Shown one piece after another: positions 25,989 through 32,000 of a stretch of DNA of 32,000 nt. The position numbers and the translations under genes are program-made. Below the pieces are notes generated by a model. The model did not search any database. It was not told the DNA's origin and was given only the letters and a program-made list of their open reading frames with translations. Every line of letters begins with the position of its first letter. The first letter of the stretch is position 1. The DNA comes from Terriglobia bacterium (GTDB lineage Bacteria > Acidobacteriota > Terriglobia > Terriglobales > Acidobacteriaceae). The DNA lies in the NCBI GenBank assembly GCA_963840665.1, contig CAWIZO010000005.1, forward strand, positions 200,820 to 232,819. The letters are read 5' to 3'.

Positions 25989-27712
25989 GAAGCCGGATCT
26001 TCCTGAAGTTGCTGGCGATCTTTGTGCTGGTAATTGGTGCAGCAACGTTGACCTTCGATCTATCGATTCAAGGCGCCTGGGAAAATTCCCTGCGTCAGGA
26101 GATCGAGCGCAACCTGCGGGAAAAGACGCTGATGTTCGCCCACCGGGTGAACGCCGACAATACTCACGATCTGCAAAATATTGCTTCGCAGGAAGCGCAG
26201 GCGGCCGGCGCGCGCGCCACCGTGATTGATGCGGACGGCAAGGTGCTCGCGGATTCTGAAGCGAACGCGGCATCGATGGAGAACCACGCCCACCGGCCGG
26301 AATTCGTGGCCGCACTCAAGGGCGACGTGGGGATGGACACCCGGCGCAGTCACACGATTGGAATTCCGTTTCTCTATGTGGCGGCTCCAATCTCTGGCGG
26401 CGCTGTGCGTTTGGCGTACCCGTTGTCGGACGTAGAGACCGCCACGGCGCGGGTCCACCACACCCTCTGGTTGGGATCGGGCATCGCGTTCGCCGTGGCC
26501 GTACTGTTGGCAGGAATCACTGCGCAATTGACTGCGCGGCGCTTGCAACGGATTGTGCAGTTTGCCGGACGCATCTCCAATGGTGACCTGACGGCGCGCG
26601 TCAATGAAAGTTCGACGGATGAAGTCGGCCTGGTTGCCGGCGCACTCGATATTACCGCGCAACGGCTGGAAAGCAGTTTTGCCGCCTTGCAGACGAGCCA
26701 GCACCAGCTTGAGACCCTGCTAAACAGCATGCAGGATGCCGTCATCGCCGTCGGCGAGGATGAACGCGTGCAATGGGCGAACCAGATGATGAGCCGGTTG
26801 GTGCCGCAGGGCGCGCGATTGAATGCGCCTATTGTAGAGACGGTGCGCGATCCCGATTTCCTGCGCGTGGTGCGAGGTGCAAGCGAGACTCGCCGCGTCT
26901 GCGCGGCGCGCGCTTCGTCGGTTGTACGGGGACGGACATTTGACGTAACCGCCGCGCCTTTGCCGGGCGGCGGCGCCGTGGCTGTGCTGCGCGATCTTAC
27001 CGAGACTGAGCGCGTCGAAAAAACGCGGCGGGACTTTATCGCCAATGTGTCGCACGAGCTGCGGACGCCGCTGACGTCGATCCAGGGATACACAGAAACG
27101 CTGCTGGATGGCGCTCCCGAGAGCGACCATTCGCGCGAGTTCCTGGAAATTATTCGCAAGAACGCAGCGCGCATGTCACGGCTCACGGAAGACTTGCTCA
27201 CTCTAGCTCGGGTGGAATCGGGCGAGCAGCGTTTTGATGTAGAGCCCGTCGGTTCGGGAGAACTGCTGCAGGAGGCCATACAGAGTTTCCGCGAAGTGGC
27301 GCGGACCCACGGCATTGAACTCAAAGTAGAGGACACGGCTCAGGCAGAAGTAAATGCGGATCGCGAAGCCGTCCACCAGGTTTTCTCGAACCTGATAGAC
27401 AATGCCCTCAAATACGGAGGATCTGGCGGGGCGATCGTGCTTGGGGCGCGTCTGTCTCCGCGCGGAGTGGAGTTTTACGTACAGGACTTCGGACCAGGAA
27501 TTCCTTCCGAACACCTGCCCCGATTATTCGAGCGGTTCTACCGCGTCGACAAAGCACGCTCGCGCGAATCCGGAGGAACCGGATTGGGGTTAGCGATCGC
27601 TAAACACATTGTTCTGGCCCACGGAGGAGCGATCGGAGCGGAAAGCGAACTGAATCACGGTTCGCGGTTCCTGTTCACTCTGCCTCTGGCGCCGGTTGAA
27701 AGACCGGCGTAG
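25985..27712 (+). CDS. PhoR-like sensor histidine kinase (TM, periplasmic domain, HAMP, PAS, HisKA, HATPase)
   Basis: 575-aa ORF with two TM segments flanking a ~130-aa extracytoplasmic domain (HRPEFVAALKG..). It also has a HAMP-like region, a PAS domain, FIANVSHELRTPLTSI (HisKA), and NLIDNALKY, DFGPGI and GTGLGLAI (HATPase). Confidence 0.8.
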   Translation: MRSRIFLKLLAIFVLVIGAATLTFDLSIQGAWENSLRQEIERNLREKTLMFAHRVNADNTHDLQNIASQEAQAAGARATVIDADGKVLADSEANAASMENHAHRPEFVAALKGDVGMDTRRSHTIGIPFLYVAAPISGGAVRLAYPLSDVETATARVHHTLWLGSGIAFAVAVLLAGITAQLTARRLQRIVQFAGRISNGDLTARVNESSTDEVGLVAGALDITAQRLESSFAALQTSQHQLETLLNSMQDAVIAVGEDERVQWANQMMSRLVPQGARLNAPIVETVRDPDFLRVVRGASETRRVCAARASSVVRGRTFDVTAAPLPGGGAVAVLRDLTETERVEKTRRDFIANVSHELRTPLTSIQGYTETLLDGAPESDHSREFLEIIRKNAARMSRLTEDLLTLARVESGEQRFDVEPVGSGELLQEAIQSFREVARTHGIELKVEDTAQAEVNADREAVHQVFSNLIDNALKYGGSGGAIVLGARLSPRGVEFYVQDFGPGIPSEHLPRLFERFYRVDKARSRESGGTGLGLAIAKHIVLAHGGAIGAESELNHGSRFLFTLPLAPVERPA

Positions 27713-27855
27713 GCGTCTGGAAGATCCATGAAAATTCATACGCTTTTAACCAACTCTGTAAGCAAAAGCTTTATTCTTTCACCTTGGGTACCAGCCCAAA
27801 TCGACGATCAGGGGTAGAGCGGACTGCTTCAGCCCGTTTGCGGAGGAATGTGCGC

Positions 27856-28581
27856 ATGAGTACGGCCACCATTAAGAGTCCAGCGCCAGAACCCTCCTAT
27901 GCACATCTGGTCCGGCGAACCATTGAAGCCTGTCAGGTAGCGAAGGAAGCTGCGGCGGCCGCAGCGGAGGGCATCGCGACCGGATCAGCGGTGCTGCTGA
28001 ATACCATTCGGGTGCGCGAGAAGGAACTCGACACCTTCGATATGGAGATCGATGCCGGCGTTACCGCAGCGATCACCCAGGTGACGGAAGCGGAAGCTCG
28101 AGAGTTGCTCGCTTGCATGAAGTTCATGATCGGCTTAGAGCGCATTGGCGATCTCTTGCTCAGCTTTGCCAGCAGTGCGCAAGCGGTGGGCGGACGGCTG
28201 GATCCGCAAGATACTCGCGATCTCACGCAGATGGCAACCGTTCTCGAAAAGATGTTGAGCGATTCCGCAGAGGCGTTCAGCGCGCGCGACGTGAAAAAAG
28301 CCATCGATGTGTTGCGTGCGGATGCGGAGATGGATCGGTTGAGAAATCTGGTGTTCCTGCGCCACATTGAGAATCCAGAAAATGTGCAGCGCCAAGCCAG
28401 CTTGCAGGTCATCTTCATGACGCAATCGCTGGAGCGAGCCGGCGATCACGCCAAGAATCTTGCCGAAGAAGTCTGCTTCGTAGTCAGCGGACACACCGTG
28501 CGCCACGTGATGATGGCTTACGACAAGCCTATCGAACAGATGTTTCTGGATTACTTGCGGCAGCGCGACGAGCGCCGGTAG
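27856..28581 (+). CDS. phoU: PhoU-family phosphate signalling regulator
   Basis: Part of ORF 27784..28581; I placed the start at ATG 27856 after GGAGGA. There are two PhoU repeats with the characteristic E..IGD / ERAGDHAKNLAE motifs (LERIGDLLL, LERAGDHAKNLAEEV). Confidence 0.75.
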   Translation: MSTATIKSPAPEPSYAHLVRRTIEACQVAKEAAAAAAEGIATGSAVLLNTIRVREKELDTFDMEIDAGVTAAITQVTEAEARELLACMKFMIGLERIGDLLLSFASSAQAVGGRLDPQDTRDLTQMATVLEKMLSDSAEAFSARDVKKAIDVLRADAEMDRLRNLVFLRHIENPENVQRQASLQVIFMTQSLERAGDHAKNLAEEVCFVVSGHTVRHVMMAYDKPIEQMFLDYLRQRDERR

Positions 28582-28728
28582 CCGCGTCTACAGCTTCTCC
28601 CTTACAGTTCCGATCAGTATTCCTGTATGAAGTTTCTCGGGGGAAAATTCCTCCCGGCGCCCTCCCGAAAGTTCCCGCCCGATACGACTCAATCGCGCTA
28701 AAGCGCAGCAAAATCAGTGTGCGAATTC

Positions 28729-28746
28729 CTGGCAAGACTCGTGCAA
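28729..28746 (+). promoter_or_regulatory. Sigma-54 (-24/-12) promoter
   Basis: CTGGCAAGACTCGTGCAA has GG at 28731-28732 and GC at 28743-28744, which is the canonical spacing of the TGGCACG-N4-TTGCW consensus. It lies 45-60 nt upstream of ATG 28789, and a GGAGGAG SD sits between them. A sigma-54 activator gene is encoded 1.6 kb downstream. Confidence 0.6.
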
Positions 28747-28788
28747 TAGACACATCGCATTCAGATAACGGCCTCTTGGAGGAGTGCA

Positions 28789-29136
28789 ATGAAGAAACGT
28801 TTAGGCATTATGGCAACGCTCGCTCTTGGCGCAGCGCTACTGCCGGCAGCGTTCGCACAGGAGCAATCGAGTCCGCCGAGCCAGCAGGATCAAGGCATGT
28901 CGCAGTCGCAGCCGGGACAGGACTCCGCCCAAAGCCCGACCGCGTATAGCGGCACCGTGATGAAGAGCGGCAGCAAGTATGTGTTGAAGACCGATGCGGG
29001 AACGCTGCAGCTCGACGATCAGGCGAAAGCGAAAAAATATAACGGGAAACAAGTGACCGTGAACGGCACCGTCGACAAGAGCACAGGCATGCTTCATGTG
29101 ACAGATATCGCTCCTGCGTCCTCGATGCAGCACTAG
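28789..29136 (+). CDS. Small secreted protein (signal peptide, Q/S/P-rich linker, beta-rich C-terminal domain); function unknown
   Basis: MKKRLGIMATLALGAALLPAAFA-QEQ is a Sec signal peptide. A low-complexity linker follows (SSPPSQQDQGMSQSQPGQDSAQSP), then YSGTVMKSGSKYVLKTDAGTLQLDD..KYNGKQVTVNGTVDKSTGMLHVTDI. There is a good SD and the sigma-54 promoter lies upstream. Confidence 0.7.
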   Translation: MKKRLGIMATLALGAALLPAAFAQEQSSPPSQQDQGMSQSQPGQDSAQSPTAYSGTVMKSGSKYVLKTDAGTLQLDDQAKAKKYNGKQVTVNGTVDKSTGMLHVTDIAPASSMQH

Positions 29137-29320
29137 GAGGTTTATGCAATAAAAAGGGTCCTTCGCAGATCCTCAGAAGAACCCGGTTCCGCGTTTTGCC
29201 CCCAACCGAAAGCGGCTGCCTGCGGATGTGCAGATCACAGGCGGCCGCTCCTACCTCGCACTAGCCCACGTGATGCTGATCACAGCTTTCTGAGACACGG
29301 CGTTCCATCGTGTTAGATGG

Positions 29321-30358
29321 ATGAGTGTGCATATTCCCATCTCGTCTGCCTTGGCGGAGACCACTTTTAAGTGGCTATTCCTCAGTGGTATAGCGCTGCC
29401 CGGTGGGTTGTCGAAAACCCTCGCTCTGGCTGGTTTCGTGGGAGCCGCCACGATCGAGCTTATCTTGTGGTTCAGGCGCCAACATCGGATCAACGCTTTC
29501 GAACAGGAACTGGAAAAAGCGCACGAAGCGATTCGCCACATAGGACGGGAGCGCGATCTGGCTCAGGAAGAAGTCTTCCGCCGCTTGTACGAAGAACGCG
29601 AGCTCAACAAAGAGAAGACGCAGTTTCAGGCGCAACTCGCGGAGTACGAGAAGTACGCAGCTTTGGCTCGACTGGCTTTGGGCGCCGCCCACGAGATTAA
29701 TAATCCACTGCTGGGCATCCTCTCGCACCTGGAGCTGGAGTTGAACGTCACGACCGATGCCGAACAGCGTGCCGAGATCGAACAGTGCATCATCGGGGCC
29801 AAACGAATTTCCAACACCCTGCGGGGACTAGTGAACTATGCGCGTCCGGGGCCTCTGGTGTTGAGCAAGATCAGCCTGTACCGGTTGGTGATGGACACGC
29901 TCGGATTTCTCGAAGGGCAGCCGATGCTGCGGGGAAAAGCGCTGGAAAACTACGTCCCGGCGGAACTTCCCCACATCCGCGCCGATGCTAACCAGCTTTC
30001 GCAGGTGCTGATGAATTTGTTGTTGAATGCGGCCGAAGCGACTCCGGAGGGCGGCAAGATTATTATCTCGGCAAGCAAACTAACCTACGTCGAGAGCGTA
30101 GAGATTCGCGTTAGCGATACGGGTTGCGGAATTCCTCCCGATATCCTGCCGCACGTGTTCGAGCCTTTTTTTACGACGAAAAAAGGAAAAGGCACCGGGC
30201 TGGGGCTGAGCATCAGCCAGGCGTACGTGCGTAGCCACGGTGGAGAGATGCGCGTGGACAGCGTTGTGAATCATGGAACGACGATCACGCTGACACTTCC
30301 GGTGCGTCAGGATTCGGCGGAAGGGGTCGGGGAAGCGGAATCGGAAGTGGTGGTTTAG
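29321..30358 (+). CDS. Sensor histidine kinase (two TM segments, coiled coil, HisKA, HATPase) without an obvious periplasmic domain
   Basis: The N-terminal ~55 residues form two hydrophobic segments joined by a very short loop. A charged coiled coil follows, then LGAAHEINNPL (H-box), NLLLNAAEA, DTGCGI and GTGLGLSI. Confidence 0.8.
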   Translation: MSVHIPISSALAETTFKWLFLSGIALPGGLSKTLALAGFVGAATIELILWFRRQHRINAFEQELEKAHEAIRHIGRERDLAQEEVFRRLYEERELNKEKTQFQAQLAEYEKYAALARLALGAAHEINNPLLGILSHLELELNVTTDAEQRAEIEQCIIGAKRISNTLRGLVNYARPGPLVLSKISLYRLVMDTLGFLEGQPMLRGKALENYVPAELPHIRADANQLSQVLMNLLLNAAEATPEGGKIIISASKLTYVESVEIRVSDTGCGIPPDILPHVFEPFFTTKKGKGTGLGLSISQAYVRSHGGEMRVDSVVNHGTTITLTLPVRQDSAEGVGEAESEVVV

Positions 30359-30394
30359 GGCGGACCTCAGACGTCAGCCCTCGGACTTCAGACT

Positions 30395-31771
30395 ATGGCT
30401 TACTCGGTTTTGGTCGTCGATGACGAAGAACTGACACTACGTACCATCTCGCGCGGGTTGCGGCAGGAAGGCTTCGAAGTCTTTACGGCCGGATCAGGCG
30501 AAGACGCGCTGAAAATTTTCCACGATGAGAAGCCTGATCTCACGCTGCTCGATATCATTCTGCCGGGAATTGACGGAGTCGAAGTGCTACGGCAGTTGAA
30601 GCAAGCGAATCCGGCCGCAATTATTCTGATGATGAGCGCGTATCACCTGGTAGATCGCGCGGTTGAAGCTATGAAACTCGGCGCGTACGACTATCTGGTC
30701 AAGCCTTTCCATTTGGCCGACATGATTGCCACGATGCACCGTGCAACCGAAATGCTGGCGTTACGGGTGCGGGTGCGTGACACGGTGGAGTCGGCCAAAG
30801 GTCGCTACGACTTCGGGCGAGTCATAACGCAGAACGCGACGACAATCAAGATGCTGGAAATGTCGCGCAAGGCGGCGGAGTCGGACCATACGACGATCTT
30901 GATTCAGGGCGAGAGTGGAACGGGAAAGGGAGTCTTCGCGAAAGCCATTCACTACGCCAGCCCCCGCGCGACCATGCCTTTGCTGGAAATCAACTGCGCG
31001 GCGCTTCCCGATAATTTATTGGAGAGCGAACTGTTCGGTTACGAGCCCGGCGCCTTCACCGACGCGCGGCGCCGCAAGGAAGGCCTGCTGGAACGTGCGA
31101 ATGGAGGCACGGTTTTTCTCGATGAGATCGGCAACATGTCGCTCAGCGTGCAAGCCAAACTGCTGCGCGTGCTCGAAGAAGGAACGTTCATGCGGCTGGG
31201 CGGGGTGCGGCTGATCAAAGTGAACGTCCGGCTGATCGCGGCGACAAACGTGAATCTGAAAGAGGCGGTGGCGCAGGGACATTTCCGCGAGGATCTTTAT
31301 TATCGGTTGAACGTTGTGCCGCTATTTCTTCCTTCGCTGCGCGAGCGTAAAGAAGACGTCCTGCCATTGGCGCTCGAGATGCTGCAGCACTTTAACCGCG
31401 AACTGAACAAGAAGTTCACGGGATTTACTCCAGCCGCGGCCGATCTGCTGCAGCAATATTCGTGGCCGGGGAACATTCGCGAACTGAAGAATGTGATTGA
31501 ACGGACGATGATTCTCTCGCCGGATGGCGACATCGATGCCGCCTACTTGCCCGAGGAGATCCGCGATCACGCGGTGGAGGAGCGACCAGGAGTGCTCACT
31601 CCGTCCGACATCTCTCCCACCGGGAATCAGTTTGTCAGCCTGCGGGAGATGGAGGATCTCTATATCGAGCAGGTTCTCGCCGCGACAGGACACAACAAGA
31701 CACACGCCTGCCGAATTCTCGGAATTCATCCCACTTCCCTGCTGAGAAGAATGAAGAAAGAGAAGGTCTAG
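30395..31771 (+). CDS. Sigma-54-dependent Fis-family response regulator (NtrC/AtoC/ZraR-like)
   Basis: It has a receiver domain (VLVVDDEE, LLDIILPGIDG, KPF), an AAA+ sigma-54 interaction domain (GESGTGKG, the GAFTDA GAFTGA-loop variant, ELFGYE, RLIAATN, FREDLYYRL) and a C-terminal Fis-type HTH (TGHNKTHACRILGIHPTSLLRRMKK). Confidence 0.9.
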   Translation: MAYSVLVVDDEELTLRTISRGLRQEGFEVFTAGSGEDALKIFHDEKPDLTLLDIILPGIDGVEVLRQLKQANPAAIILMMSAYHLVDRAVEAMKLGAYDYLVKPFHLADMIATMHRATEMLALRVRVRDTVESAKGRYDFGRVITQNATTIKMLEMSRKAAESDHTTILIQGESGTGKGVFAKAIHYASPRATMPLLEINCAALPDNLLESELFGYEPGAFTDARRRKEGLLERANGGTVFLDEIGNMSLSVQAKLLRVLEEGTFMRLGGVRLIKVNVRLIAATNVNLKEAVAQGHFREDLYYRLNVVPLFLPSLRERKEDVLPLALEMLQHFNRELNKKFTGFTPAAADLLQQYSWPGNIRELKNVIERTMILSPDGDIDAAYLPEEIRDHAVEERPGVLTPSDISPTGNQFVSLREMEDLYIEQVLAATGHNKTHACRILGIHPTSLLRRMKKEKV

Positions 31772-31772
31772 G

Positions 31773-31869
31773 CTTGGGCTTCGGGCTTCGGGCTTCGGGC
31801 TTCGGGCTTCGGGCTTCGGGCTTCGGGCTTCAGGCTTCGGGCTTCAGGCTTCAGCCATCGGGCTTCGGC
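31773..31869 (+). repeat. Tandem heptanucleotide array, about 13 units of CTTCGGG and variants (CTTCAGG, CATCGGG)
   Basis: Read directly: g CTTGGG (CTTCGGG)x6 CTTCAGG CTTCGGG CTTCAGG CTTCAGC CATCGGG CTTCGGC. It begins 2 nt after the activator stop codon. Confidence 0.9.
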
Positions 31870-31926
31870 CCCCGCTTGCGCTCGTAGAGACGCAGCATCG
31901 ATCTCTCTCACACGAAAAAGACCAAA

Positions 31927-31969
31927 CCTGACGCCTGATGCCTGACGCCCAAAGCCCGAAGCCCGAACT
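31927..31969 (+). repeat. Inverted-orientation heptamer array (CCTGACG CCTGATG CCTGACG CCCAAAG CCCGAAG CCCGAAC)
   Basis: Its reverse complement (GTTCGGG CTTCGGG CTTTGGG CGTCAGG CATCAGG CGTCAGG) matches the left array at about 36 of 42 positions in the best register. The two arrays could therefore form a ~40-bp imperfect stem around a ~60-75 nt spacer. Confidence 0.8.
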
Positions 31970-32000
31970 TTGGCTGTAGTCCTCCTGGCTACTGGGCGCG

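Noticed and set aside
31773-31969. Is the repeat array a CRISPR?
   Set aside because: The units are 7 nt and directly abutting, with no spacers, and no cas genes are present. It is a microsatellite-like tandem repeat, not a CRISPR.

Overview
This is a GC-rich bacterial chromosomal window. Its gene content looks Acidobacteriota-like (a CarboxypepD_reg-type TonB-dependent receptor, sigma-54 and two-component modules, exported salvage enzymes), but that assignment is inference only. I can support 23 protein-coding loci. I saw no rRNA, tRNA, CRISPR array, transposase or integrase. From left to right the window contains: alaS (5' part, frame-broken); a large hybrid histidine kinase broken by about ten frameshifts; a ~1 kb coding-free gap; a purine nucleoside salvage block (exported adenosine deaminase, NupC transporter with two frameshifts, PunA) that converges on an operon of a DUF62 SAM hydrolase plus a TonB-dependent receptor; housekeeping and miscellaneous genes (PPOX-like, homoserine dehydrogenase-like, class V PLP enzyme, M19 dipeptidase, rpiA, speB-like, CPA2 antiporter, sucA, DinB-like, HyuA-like); a phoB/phoR/phoU-like set; and a small secreted protein followed by a sensor kinase and a sigma-54 activator. 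The items most worth a second look are these. (1) The 3676-4738 gap holds a tandemly duplicated element with compensatory hairpin changes, a minus-strand terminator-like hairpin, a promoter-like AT island and a G-rich, GGA-dense tract, so it is a candidate unassigned structured RNA locus. (2) The nucleoside/adenosyl scavenging locus includes a DUF62 enzyme that appears to be exported, next to an outer-membrane transporter. (3) A ZraPSR-like three-gene module has a good sigma-54 promoter in front of a small periplasmic protein that does not resemble ZraP. (4) Heptanucleotide repeat arrays and other simple-sequence hairpins fill several intergenic gaps. (5) All 13 frame disruptions lie in the first 7.6 kb, and 12 of them behave as single-base insertions. 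Everything here comes from reading the sequence and ORF translations by eye; no searches or folding programs were run.
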